IMG/VR virus record: IMGVR_UViG_2974644787_000001
Coordinates: 1 to 64,000 of that record
Strand: one strand, 5' to 3'
Source: a virus
Taxonomy: Duplodnaviria > Caudoviricetes
Length of the DNA: 64,000 nt
The translations under genes were made by a program, and so were the position numbers. Shown here one piece after another: positions 38,280 through 48,010 of the stretch. Numbering within the stretch: position 1 is the stretch's first letter; each line of letters begins with the position of its first letter. The notes below the pieces were generated by a model. That model was not told the DNA's origin, did no database searches, and was given only the letters and a program-made list of their open reading frames with translations.

Positions 38280-38558
38280 TTATTTTTTGTGGCAAGAAAG
38301 CGCACTTCCGGAAGCGCCGTAGCAAATTGAAGTCGAATTCTCACATCGAACTACACCGCCCATTGCGAGCATCCCACCTTCACTTTTTGGATTGGTCAAC
38401 TCTGAAAGCATTTTTACCATTGGTGAGTCGTCACCTGCAATAATTCTAATCTGCTTACAGACCAAATCATTCCCTAAAGTCTCTTTCGTTTTTTCGTCTT
38501 TACTGAAAATGGATGAAGTAATCGTTAAAAATAAAAGTAGGAATAGTAAGTTTTTCAT
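38280..38558 (-). CDS. Small exported protein with four Cys
   Basis: Signal peptide MKNLLFLLLFLTITSSIFS. Confidence 0.65.
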   Translation of the reverse strand: MKNLLFLLLFLTITSSIFSKDEKTKETLGNDLVCKQIRIIAGDDSPMVKMLSELTNPKSEGGMLAMGGVVRCENSTSICYGASGSALSCHKK

Positions 38559-38734
38559 GAGCTAACTATGGGATAGTTGATGCCTGGGTCAAAACGAAAA
38601 AGATTAAAGTCAAAACATATCGGAAAATTTGCGAAATGAGATGCCAATACCGAACAAGGCCAGCAGTTCCGAAACAAAGCTTTAAGTTACGGTCACTTGT
38701 TGGTTTTAATATAACGTTAATAGAAATTGCTCGA

Positions 38735-39880
38735 TTATTTATTAGGTTCAATCAGGAATTGCTTCACTTTATGCATTCTAAGCTCATATTTTGCTTTTTT
38801 ATAAAGATCTCCTTTGATTGATACCTTTTTTGAATCTTTGTGTGCTCCTAGTGCAGAATTGTAATCTATTTCGCTTAATTCAATAATTATTTCGGTTTTT
38901 CTGTTTTTGCTGGGAAAGATTTCATTTAATTCTGAAGTTTTTATAGTTCCAGAAATTGTAACTGTCCTTTTCTGGTCTTTGAATGTCCTGAATAATAAAT
39001 CTTTGTTTTTATCTTGAGTAGCAATGACATATCCTTCTATGATTACATCTAATATTGGATTCTGCTCTTTTAAAGTTATAGAGGCTTGTTCTAAAATTTC
39101 ATAGTTTTCCGATCTTAATATATATGGTTTAATAATATTTAGATTTCGTTTTTTATATAAAAATGATGCATCAAAAGTAATAGTATTGGTATCTAATTTT
39201 CTCGCTATATTCGCAAGAGCGTCACACATGTTTGCGTTAAAACCATTTTGATAATTATTAACAATGATATTTTCATTCTTTTCTTTAATTGCATACGTTA
39301 GATTTTGAAATCCTGTAAATATACGATCGATAACTTTTTCTTCGATTGTAATTTCGTCATCTTCAAAAAGATAACTTTCTTCTTTGCCTAGTTCAACCGA
39401 AAAACCAAAACTTCCTTTAAATGTATGTGGAAAGGATAGCTTTGATACTGTATCTTTTGCTTTTTTCGGTGCTTCCAAAAAGTAAGCAACTGGATTAAAT
39501 TCAAAAGAGTATCCATAGAGAAGAAGAAAATATAGGTTGTTGATTGTTATTCGAGTTAAATTTAGTGGTATTTTATTAGTGTCTTGATTTTTATTAATTA
39601 AGGCTTTGATAACTGCAAAATATACGTCGATAATCTCCTTTGCAATCTCATCGATACTTTTTTTATAAATTATTGAGAGGGTTTTAAATACAGAATTTAT
39701 TCTATCATTATAATCTTCATAATTATTAGAGCGAGGGAAGACTAAGGTTACTGGTTTATTTAGCTTCTTAGGTGCTTCAAAAAAGAAAATACCCGTATTT
39801 GAGTGAGGTATTATTTTCCATCCTAATTTTTCAAGATATGATTTGATTTTATCCGCGGGTAAATTGTTGAAATTAAGCAT
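38735..39880 (-). CDS. Uncharacterised protein, partner of the DUF4365-like gene; candidate defence component
   Basis: AT-rich; HicA-like N-terminus (SYLEKLGWK) and OB-like C-terminus (ALGAHKDSKKVSIKGDL). Confidence 0.6.
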   Translation of the reverse strand: MLNFNNLPADKIKSYLEKLGWKIIPHSNTGIFFFEAPKKLNKPVTLVFPRSNNYEDYNDRINSVFKTLSIIYKKSIDEIAKEIIDVYFAVIKALINKNQDTNKIPLNLTRITINNLYFLLLYGYSFEFNPVAYFLEAPKKAKDTVSKLSFPHTFKGSFGFSVELGKEESYLFEDDEITIEEKVIDRIFTGFQNLTYAIKEKNENIIVNNYQNGFNANMCDALANIARKLDTNTITFDASFLYKKRNLNIIKPYILRSENYEILEQASITLKEQNPILDVIIEGYVIATQDKNKDLLFRTFKDQKRTVTISGTIKTSELNEIFPSKNRKTEIIIELSEIDYNSALGAHKDSKKVSIKGDLYKKAKYELRMHKVKQFLIEPNK

Positions 39881-39882
39881 AA

Positions 39883-40413
39883 TTAAAATTCACCAATTTG
39901 AAGTTTTTCTACTAGATTCGAAAGTTCTTCTGCTGTGAGTAAGTTTTTACGTGGGATATGAAGAGTTATCTTACTATCTGTTGGTTTTCTTTCTTTATCT
40001 GTTATATCATACCAGTAGCAAGCTCGGTTAAGAATTAAGCGATCTTCGCTTACATTTAACCAACTTTTTTCATCTTCAGGTAAGCAAAATGCGATTAGAA
40101 TTTGTCGGAGACTTCTATTATTATTTAATGTAACAAATTTGTTATAAGCTTTGGTAGTAATAGTAAAGGTAATAAATTCGTCTTTGAAAACATAATTTGA
40201 AGATGCTTTTAGCTGAAAGCAAAGAGGATATCCAATTTCAGTTATTTCATTTTTTTGATTTTCATTCAATTCAACAAAAACTTTTGAAAATCTACCATCA
40301 ATTCCATAATCAAAATTTGCATCATTTATGCGAATTAATAGCCCAGCTTTTCCTGCGATGGCCTGTACATAGGATATACTTAGGCTTTCTTTTCTATGGT
40401 TTTCAGTAATCAT
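39883..40413 (-). CDS. DUF4365-like PD-(D/E)XK-fold protein
   Basis: KESLSISYVQAIA...DYGIDG...FQLKAS motif. Confidence 0.75.
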   Translation of the reverse strand: MITENHRKESLSISYVQAIAGKAGLLIRINDANFDYGIDGRFSKVFVELNENQKNEITEIGYPLCFQLKASSNYVFKDEFITFTITTKAYNKFVTLNNNRSLRQILIAFCLPEDEKSWLNVSEDRLILNRACYWYDITDKERKPTDSKITLHIPRKNLLTAEELSNLVEKLQIGEF

Positions 40414-40634
40414 TTCTTGAAAGCCTCACAGATGCATTTTTTATATAAGACTGAAAAAATCATTAAAATTTTTTAAATGGACTTTCTAGTGTTATCGTAA
40501 AGTCAAAGTATATTTTTTGATTAGATTTTTTAAAAATGCACATAACTCATATTACTAACACAAAACACCTTTTTGAAGAGAAAGGCCAAACTCTAGAGAT
40601 TTTTTCTTTTCCAAACAATTACTATAACGATTAT

Positions 40635-43418
40635 CTAATGCGCCTTACTTCTTCCTTTTTTTGATGGGCTTTTTATCTGCGAAGTAAGAGTATTTGTGTA
40701 TTTCTCATACAGTTCAAAAAGGAACTCAACCCTCTCGGATTCTGATTGGAATGGCTTTGACCGGTAAACCTTATCCACTGCTTTGTCCAGTTTGTTATGC
40801 GCATCCCGAAGGACTTTCGGCATGGTTAGTGGGTCGTAGAGATCCGAAAGCGATGATTCAGGGAACTGCGCTCTGGCGTCCAAAACTGATAGAGCGAGCG
40901 ATTCAATTTCTTTCTTTTGTTTGTCGGATGGATTTTCTGGCCAAGGGAAATTATTGTAAGACAATTTCACTGAGTATCTTATATCGCTTTTTAATCTACC
41001 AGATGTTAAAGAAGTCCAATTATTATGAATTCGACTGGTCAAGAATGCAAATGTATATAAGTCGCAATTGGGGACTATCTGTAAATCATTTGCGGCAATT
41101 ACATTGGAACTTAGAAAACCGATTGGCATATAATCTCTTTTTTCAGATGAAGTTCTGGGTATTGCCAAATAATTACCACTTTTTGGTTGTCTGATTTCAG
41201 TAAAAAGATAAGGTATCTGAGCTTTTCTTTGAGTAGGTTTTTTCTTACTTGCAAGTCGAAACTCTTTTACCTTCAATAAAACGTCATGAATAAATTTACT
41301 CTTTCTTATTTCTTCTAAGTCTGCATTTTCCAGCCAGAGGCAATAACGAAACTCTTTATTTAGAAATCCCACTGCACCAAGGTACAATCTAAAATACTTC
41401 TCTGCAATTTTGTCATTTTTTATTATTTCAATGTATTCTTCAGGTGTTACCAAAAAGTTACCGCCGTCAGCAGGTATGCTTCCATTTAAAATAGGTGGGA
41501 CCTTACAAAGTGGTTTCAATCTAGGCATGATTATTGTGTTATTCCCGTTATGAAGATACGGAGAAATATTTTTCACTTTAATTAAAATTGGATCTTTTTT
41601 AATACCATCGCTATATACAAATAAACTTTTCATAGATTGATTTAGATGTTTACTAAATCCCACGATTACACAATGAACTGCAGCATTTCTTGCTGCCTCA
41701 TTACTCCATTGGAAAGTTTGATGAGCAAAAGTAATTACGATTCCATTATTTAGCATCCATTTCCAAAAAAAAGGGATATGCTCTCCTTGTGAAATTGAGT
41801 TTGTAGAAACGAATGCTATTTTTATTTCATGATTTTGTATGTAATTGATTGCTCTAATATACCAACCGCAAACATAATCTAAACTTCCGTAATTTCTTAA
41901 TTGGGAACATGCAAAAGCCATATCCGATTTTTGGGAATCACTTTGTAATTTAGATCCTGCAAAAGGAGGATTCCCCAAAATATAAGTCAATTCGTCAGGT
42001 TTTATAATTTCTTCCCATTTTAACCGGAGAGCATTCCCTATCACTATCGTTGGTGCTTTCTTAAGTGGCAACCTAACATAATATTCACCAAACTCTTTCC
42101 CCATTTCCACATTCATTAAGTGGTCCATGATCCAAATTGCCGTTTTGGCAATTTGCGCCGGGAATTCTTCGATTTCAATTCCATATAGATGATCAACATC
42201 GAGACTATCGAGAGTTTGAATAGATAACTCAAGACCAAGGCCTTTCAGCTTTCTGATCTCTTTTAATAAATTGATTTCTAGCCGTCGAAGCTCTCGGTAA
42301 GATAAAATTAAAAAGTTTCCACATCCACAGGCTGGATCAAGGATTTTGATTTTCCTTATTCTTGCCAGAAGGTCTTCGAGACCTTTGATGTTCTTCTTTA
42401 AATTTAAGCTTTTAAATTCTTCGAGATGCTCATCGAGGAAAAGACCATGAATAGTTTTTAAGATATTCTTTTCGCTTGTGTAATGCGCTCCAAGCTCTCG
42501 CCTTTCGACTTTGCTCATTACATATTGAAATAGACTTCCGAAGATTGCTGGGCTAACAAGAGCCCAATTGAATTCGCAAGCTTGAATCAAAATATCGCGC
42601 AACTTCTGGTCGAATTGTGCAAATGGGATCGCTTCCTCAAATAATTGACCATTAACATAAGGAAATTTTGCAAGATCTTCATCTAGGTTCGCTTGCCTTT
42701 GTTCCGTAGGAGTATTGAGCACTTGGAAAAATTGAGCAATCCATAGCCCTAAGTCACTCCCATCTAATTTGGTTCGTTCTTTTAAGAAGAAAAGAAAATC
42801 ATCTTTATTGAAAATACCGGTATCATCGGCGAAGAAACAAAACATTAAGCGAACAAGCATTAGTTTCAATGGATGTTCCTTAAATCCATTTCTTTCTAGT
42901 TCATCATGCAATTTACCCATGAGCTCAGCTGCTTTGATATTAACAGGATCTTCATCTTTATATTCTCTTTGTTCATATCCTAATAGAAAATTAAAGCGTT
43001 GAAGATGGTCGAGAAGATCGATGATTTTGAATTCTACAGATTTTTCTTGGTCTATAAAATTTACCAATCGAAGTCTTTCAAAATCGCAAACACAAATATA
43101 GCTTGGAAGTTCTTCATCGGGTATACCTCCTGTCAAACAGTAGTCCAATGCTTGCTTGTATGCTTTATCTAAATCCTCTCCTTTACTTTTTTGCTCTATT
43201 AGGATAGTCTTTGGCCAGAAATAGTCTATAAATCCAGTCGTTTGTCTTAGAGTTTTTGCTCTCTCTTCAAAGATCCCAACCTTTTTAGCACTAATACCCC
43301 ATATATTAAAGAAATCTCGCCAGAATAATTGAGACTCCCCTTTTTCGTATTTGTCATCTTTATGGTCGTGAATAAATGAAATTGCTCTAGATTTGATTTC
43401 GTTAGGTGATAATGCCAT
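40635..43418 (-). CDS. MmeI-like type IIL restriction-modification enzyme
   Basis: N-terminal FWRDFF...LIEQKS nuclease; PAIFGSLFQ, LDPACGCGNF and GNPPF MTase motifs; C-terminal GRLKSDIRYS...YNNFPWP. Confidence 0.92.
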   Translation of the reverse strand: MALSPNEIKSRAISFIHDHKDDKYEKGESQLFWRDFFNIWGISAKKVGIFEERAKTLRQTTGFIDYFWPKTILIEQKSKGEDLDKAYKQALDYCLTGGIPDEELPSYICVCDFERLRLVNFIDQEKSVEFKIIDLLDHLQRFNFLLGYEQREYKDEDPVNIKAAELMGKLHDELERNGFKEHPLKLMLVRLMFCFFADDTGIFNKDDFLFFLKERTKLDGSDLGLWIAQFFQVLNTPTEQRQANLDEDLAKFPYVNGQLFEEAIPFAQFDQKLRDILIQACEFNWALVSPAIFGSLFQYVMSKVERRELGAHYTSEKNILKTIHGLFLDEHLEEFKSLNLKKNIKGLEDLLARIRKIKILDPACGCGNFLILSYRELRRLEINLLKEIRKLKGLGLELSIQTLDSLDVDHLYGIEIEEFPAQIAKTAIWIMDHLMNVEMGKEFGEYYVRLPLKKAPTIVIGNALRLKWEEIIKPDELTYILGNPPFAGSKLQSDSQKSDMAFACSQLRNYGSLDYVCGWYIRAINYIQNHEIKIAFVSTNSISQGEHIPFFWKWMLNNGIVITFAHQTFQWSNEAARNAAVHCVIVGFSKHLNQSMKSLFVYSDGIKKDPILIKVKNISPYLHNGNNTIIMPRLKPLCKVPPILNGSIPADGGNFLVTPEEYIEIIKNDKIAEKYFRLYLGAVGFLNKEFRYCLWLENADLEEIRKSKFIHDVLLKVKEFRLASKKKPTQRKAQIPYLFTEIRQPKSGNYLAIPRTSSEKRDYMPIGFLSSNVIAANDLQIVPNCDLYTFAFLTSRIHNNWTSLTSGRLKSDIRYSVKLSYNNFPWPENPSDKQKKEIESLALSVLDARAQFPESSLSDLYDPLTMPKVLRDAHNKLDKAVDKVYRSKPFQSESERVEFLFELYEKYTNTLTSQIKSPSKKGRSKAH

Positions 43419-43501
43419 CGGTATGCAAAATTAGAATATAGGGAACCAGTGAGTCAACCAATTTGAATAATGCTGATGCTCTCTTTATTGATTCTTTTCC
43501 G

Positions 43502-43538
43502 TTGACAAAATCAAAATAACAAGAATTTGTCCCTTCCC
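43502..43538 (+). promoter_or_regulatory. Late-type promoter copy 8: TTGACA-N17-ATTTGT-CCCTTCCC-ATG
   Basis: Conserved motif and spacing. Confidence 0.8.
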
Positions 43539-44228
43539 ATGCCAGAATTCCCATCATATGGAAGACAATCGAAAGTTGCGTTTGCGCCACCTGGACTTGC
43601 GCAACCAAGTATTATGAATGGTTTGGAACTCGGTGAAATTGATTCTCTCAGCGGTGGACTCATGAAATACCGAGCCGACATTCGACTTTTTAATGGACAG
43701 ATTCTGAAGAAAGTGCGTCTCCCAGGTCCTTACATCGGTCTTTTAGGGTTTCTTTCGGGATTCAAATTTGGATACAGAGAGGGACAGATGGTCCTTGTTG
43801 GATTTCTCCAAAATCGTAGAGACAATCCTATCGTCATTCAGGTGTATCCTTTTGCAGCACAGACAAAAGGAAAAAGCTCGCTAATCAAACATTCTTCACA
43901 ATTCGATTCTGAAGAAACATCTGTAGGCCACGAATCTGGGCATAGAACAAAATGGGACAAAGACAAAGTTCTCTTTAAAGATAAATTAGATACGACAAGA
44001 GTCCAAATCGATCACACGATACCACCAATCCTTAACTCTCTGGAAAAAGCTGCGCAAGGCGAAACTTTGAAATCAATTCTAGAAGAAATCTGTGACGAAA
44101 TCACCAAACTCACTGTTCAGTGTACTGCCCCCGGGACTTCGAGCTTACCCCCAGATAATGCAGCCAAGTTTCTTGTGATTAAAGGAAAATTAAACACTAT
44201 CCTTTCCGAGGTTTTAAAACACTACTAA
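43539..44228 (+). CDS. Baseplate central spike (gpV/gp45-like)
   Basis: OB-fold with GYREGQMVLVGFLQ...PIVI, followed by beta-strands and a PGTSSLPPDN tip. Confidence 0.7.
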   Translation: MPEFPSYGRQSKVAFAPPGLAQPSIMNGLELGEIDSLSGGLMKYRADIRLFNGQILKKVRLPGPYIGLLGFLSGFKFGYREGQMVLVGFLQNRRDNPIVIQVYPFAAQTKGKSSLIKHSSQFDSEETSVGHESGHRTKWDKDKVLFKDKLDTTRVQIDHTIPPILNSLEKAAQGETLKSILEEICDEITKLTVQCTAPGTSSLPPDNAAKFLVIKGKLNTILSEVLKHY

Positions 44229-44605
44229 TGAATTTTTGGGAACACTTCGATATCGATAACGATCATTCACATAACAAAACTTTTTTGTTTGAGAAAGCAA
44301 AATCGAAAATTATGCATTCATGCGAATTTTGCTCAGATCATTGGGGCACGGTAGTGAGGCTTTTTAAAAGCCAAAGTGATTTTGAGAATTCAGACTTCTA
44401 TGGCGGGGAAGATGTTGTAAAGGGGGATCCAAGAGCAAAAATCGCTGTGTGGCCAGGAAAAAATAACGTAGGTAGAGATAAAAACTCATATTGGTTATGC
44501 GCCCCTGTTCATCCCCTTTGTGGATGCGAAATTGAAGTTGAGGAAACTTTACATGAATCCATAGAGGATCTAGAAGACTGGTATTCAACTTTAGAATGGG
44601 ATTAG
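44228..44605 (+). CDS. MuF-like C-terminal Cys/His domain as a stand-alone gene
   Basis: SCEFC...VWPGKNNVGR...W..APVHPLCGC matches the C-terminal half of MuF head proteins. Confidence 0.65.
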   Translation: MNFWEHFDIDNDHSHNKTFLFEKAKSKIMHSCEFCSDHWGTVVRLFKSQSDFENSDFYGGEDVVKGDPRAKIAVWPGKNNVGRDKNSYWLCAPVHPLCGCEIEVEETLHESIEDLEDWYSTLEWD

Positions 44606-46110
44606 TCCATTTCCCAAGCAGCATTTTCAATTCGCTTCCCCCACTTAACCATTGTTTCCTGAGTCGCAGTACCTGAACCAGGTCGCCAGACAACACGAAC
44701 TCCAGTTACATAGAAATTAGGATGATATTGTTTGATTTCTTTGTGCAAAGAATCGGAATATCCATCATCGTCCGTAAGTCGCATGATTTGTCCTTTGCAT
44801 AATCCACGAAAGTAAAAACCAGAAAAAGAACCCGTGAATATTCTTTCGCCTGTCCCAAATGCTTCGTATAATTTCTCTTGAATTTTGAGGAGGGATGCAA
44901 TATTACTGGATTGTGCACCTGGAGCTTGCAGTTCTGGAGGCATCCCTACTCCATCCATTGTAATTTGCATAACTCTTTGTCCAAATTTCGCGAGTAAAGA
45001 TGGATTATATGTTACTGGATTTAATGCGAGTCCAGTGATGGTATCTTGGATCCCGAGATTCACATGAACGCCGGAAAAAATATCCTCTTGGGATTCGGTG
45101 AGATCAAAACTGTTGAATTGAGATTCAGGGACCTCCGAAGAGATCCCGAAATAAGGAAGGAAGAAATCGTCTTCTAACTTATCAAAGGGAGTTTTCCGAA
45201 AAACTAACCTTGCAAGTGGTAGATCTGGCGTAAAGTCATCAGATCTAAACGAGCCAAAGCCATTTGATTTTTTTTCGATTGGTGAAGTGGTTTCGCCAGC
45301 GTAAAGAGAACAATCTTGGTCGTAATGAAAGAAAAGTTCATATAGCGGAGGTTTGGCGATTGATGCCATAAGTGACCAAATCGAAAGTGAATTCCCGAAA
45401 CTCTGATTATTGATCCATTGAACTGTATGGATAAAACCAATAGTGTATGATAGTTTATCAAATTTGTAATCGACGAGATCCCAAAAAATCTCACCACCAT
45501 AGTTTCCATTGGAAAGCAGTGTTCTTATTGCAGCATCCGAAAGTGATTCTATAATTCCGCTGGGTGTTTTAGATTCAGAAATCACTTCCGAAATTATATT
45601 TAGTGCAGCTTGAATTTTAGAGATAGGCAAATTGGAAACACTTTCCGCTGGTTGACCTACGATATTCGGGCCAGATTTGTCAAAATCGATAAATAAGGTT
45701 TGAGACTGGATACAGTCCTCCAATCCTCCCCCAGAGACCACATAGCTTTGCTCTCCAGATACATTGCTCACATGATTGGCTGTTTTAATTCTTCCTACAA
45801 ACTTAGTTTTTTTTGATTCGGTAACTACAATGAGCTCACCTGTTCGCAAAACTTCACGAATACGAACTTTCCCTGCATAGGTAGTAATAATATTCCCAGT
45901 TGCACCTTTTGCGAGAGTCAGAGTGAAACTTCCATTATCTATGGAATCTACATAAGTAAGCGATTCAATGAATTCTCCGGGAATTTCTATTGGAGAACGC
46001 ATGGCAGCGATTTCCCCTGGAGAAAGCCTTTTTGATAATCGACTTATGATATTAGGCACGAATCCAAATAGAAAAACCTGAAAATCTGGGTTTACGGCAT
46101 TAACTTTCAC
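44602..46110 (-). CDS. Baseplate hub protein (gp27/gpD-like)
   Basis: GSFTLTL, KFVGRI, PPLYELFF...LVFRKTPF and FYVTGVRVVW pattern. Confidence 0.65.
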   Translation of the reverse strand: MKVNAVNPDFQVFLFGFVPNIISRLSKRLSPGEIAAMRSPIEIPGEFIESLTYVDSIDNGSFTLTLAKGATGNIITTYAGKVRIREVLRTGELIVVTESKKTKFVGRIKTANHVSNVSGEQSYVVSGGGLEDCIQSQTLFIDFDKSGPNIVGQPAESVSNLPISKIQAALNIISEVISESKTPSGIIESLSDAAIRTLLSNGNYGGEIFWDLVDYKFDKLSYTIGFIHTVQWINNQSFGNSLSIWSLMASIAKPPLYELFFHYDQDCSLYAGETTSPIEKKSNGFGSFRSDDFTPDLPLARLVFRKTPFDKLEDDFFLPYFGISSEVPESQFNSFDLTESQEDIFSGVHVNLGIQDTITGLALNPVTYNPSLLAKFGQRVMQITMDGVGMPPELQAPGAQSSNIASLLKIQEKLYEAFGTGERIFTGSFSGFYFRGLCKGQIMRLTDDDGYSDSLHKEIKQYHPNFYVTGVRVVWRPGSGTATQETMVKWGKRIENAAWEMD

Positions 46111-47951
46111 TCAATTAAGCCTCTAACTCTTCTTAACTTAAATGATTTGAAATCGCCAATTGGATTCACCTTCACAATGTATGAGATTGCATCGGAATCT
46201 ATTGAGAATTCCACAATATCGGCAGTTTGGACACCCAAGTCAGATTGTATATCGTCGAGAATTTTTTTCGGTATAACCAAATTGAGAAAATCGTCAGGCA
46301 CAGATCCTGGTTTGGGAAGAGCTCCGATATCAGGATGCATTGGGATCTGACCAGGAAGAATTCGCATTTTATCAAGAAGCCCATCAACTAAACAGTCGAT
46401 CCCTTTTGACGTGCCTATATCTCCCCCTTTGGTCTCGATATCTCGATCGGCTTTTAATGCTATGTCCTCACCAAACAAGAATTCTTCGAGTAATTCCTGA
46501 GTTTTTGAATTGGATAAATTGTTAAAAAGAAATCTTTCAAGATAAACTCCCGTATCCCTTTGGTTATATGTCACACTTGTTGGAACCTTAATTGACATTC
46601 CAATTATTTCTTCATTTGATTTTCCAATGAGTCTCGGGTCATTTTGGATGAGTAAATCTATTCTATCTGGAGAACCAAAGTATTTCCTCGCAAGAATTTC
46701 AAGTGTCTCACCCGGTTTTACTTTAATGTATGAGGAATTCTGAGCCAAATTTTCATTATTTGCGAGCATTAAGATGGTAGAAATAGTCCCAAGTGCAATC
46801 TGAATATTTAGAACAGATAAAACAGCGGGATCTACAGCTGCTTCAATTTCGAAATCACTTACTGCTCCAGATGTAAGAACATTATCTAAAACTGAATTCG
46901 GAATTTCTTGCGCGTCAATCTCGGATTGTGAACTTGTTGTGCTTACTGGCACGATCGGTATATCAAGAGCTCCAATAGATGGGACGGTTTGATTCGGGAA
47001 TAGAGATTGCATGAGTAATTCTTGAAACTGATTTGTCTTTTTCTTTAGTGGCCCACCTGCTTTGGAGATTGCGCGAAGTGATTCTTTGTTTGTCGCTTCG
47101 AAAGATTTTAGAGCATCTTTCATTCCTTCTGCTAAATTGGCAATATCGGAATATAGTTCAGTAATCCCTTTCAGGTAACTAAGCGGCCCAGATAAATCAG
47201 AAAGAAATTCTTCAAAAGTAACCAATACACCTGAAACCATTTGTTTAAGGTCTGGGAGTGGGGCTCGCCGATTCTTACCTCGGCCAGACTCATCTTTTAC
47301 TCCGATGAAATTTAGATTCCAATACCAAGTATGGGGATCTTCTTTTGATTGTGATATTTTGAATCCATTCTTATCGAAAGCAACTTCCCAATGCGAATCA
47401 CGGTCATAGTCATGAAAAATCATCTGGATCTCTTCCGAGTTAAAAGATTCCGTACCAAATGCAGATGCCACACTATATATATCAAAAGCATTTGGATAAA
47501 ATGAACTGAAAGTCGGAACTCTAGATTTGAATTTTTCTTTTTCGCGAGCTTCCTGCATAAGGTATACCAAATCAAAGAAGTCTAAATAACCTGCCTTTTT
47601 AACGGGATTTAAATCTTCCAATTCTCCAAGAAGTGCATTCCCTACGCCTGCCAATCCTGGCATCGGTTTCCTAACTGGTTTCCCCGTATAATGCGCGTAT
47701 ATTTCTCCAGATAAGTTTATTTGGGAAATTCCATTCCCATTATCGACTACTTGCGCACCATTGTATGTCGGTGTCACAGAAACATTATAAGTGAATGTAT
47801 GATCCATTCGGGAAAGGCCAAGTAGAAAGAAATACTCTCCCAAAGAGATATTAGGTCCGTATTTGACACGGGATAGAAATTCTACTGAATAAGCACCTGT
47901 GGCAGAATAACCACCAGTGTTATTTGTTACGCTCGTCGCAAGAGATCCCAT
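46107..47951 (-). CDS. Tail-tube initiator / LysM / gp25-like fusion protein
   Basis: LysM YIKVKPGETLEILARKYFGSP; C-terminal GDIGTSKGID...PMHPDIG gp25-like domain. Confidence 0.7.
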   Translation of the reverse strand: MGSLATSVTNNTGGYSATGAYSVEFLSRVKYGPNISLGEYFFLLGLSRMDHTFTYNVSVTPTYNGAQVVDNGNGISQINLSGEIYAHYTGKPVRKPMPGLAGVGNALLGELEDLNPVKKAGYLDFFDLVYLMQEAREKEKFKSRVPTFSSFYPNAFDIYSVASAFGTESFNSEEIQMIFHDYDRDSHWEVAFDKNGFKISQSKEDPHTWYWNLNFIGVKDESGRGKNRRAPLPDLKQMVSGVLVTFEEFLSDLSGPLSYLKGITELYSDIANLAEGMKDALKSFEATNKESLRAISKAGGPLKKKTNQFQELLMQSLFPNQTVPSIGALDIPIVPVSTTSSQSEIDAQEIPNSVLDNVLTSGAVSDFEIEAAVDPAVLSVLNIQIALGTISTILMLANNENLAQNSSYIKVKPGETLEILARKYFGSPDRIDLLIQNDPRLIGKSNEEIIGMSIKVPTSVTYNQRDTGVYLERFLFNNLSNSKTQELLEEFLFGEDIALKADRDIETKGGDIGTSKGIDCLVDGLLDKMRILPGQIPMHPDIGALPKPGSVPDDFLNLVIPKKILDDIQSDLGVQTADIVEFSIDSDAISYIVKVNPIGDFKSFKLRRVRGLIE

Positions 47952-47990
47952 TGGGGAATGGACAAAGCATCCATTCCCTCAGAAAATCAA
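47952..47990 (-). promoter_or_regulatory. Late-type promoter copy 9 (minus strand): TTGATT-N17-CTTTGT-CCATTCCCCA-ATG
   Basis: Back-to-back with copy 10. Confidence 0.7.
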
Positions 47991-48010
47991 CTCATTTACA
48001 TCAAAAATGC

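Noticed and set aside
40694-41194. 166-aa plus-strand ORF and the many other short antisense ORFs in the track
   Set aside because: They shadow well-supported genes on the opposite strand and have no motifs or RBS
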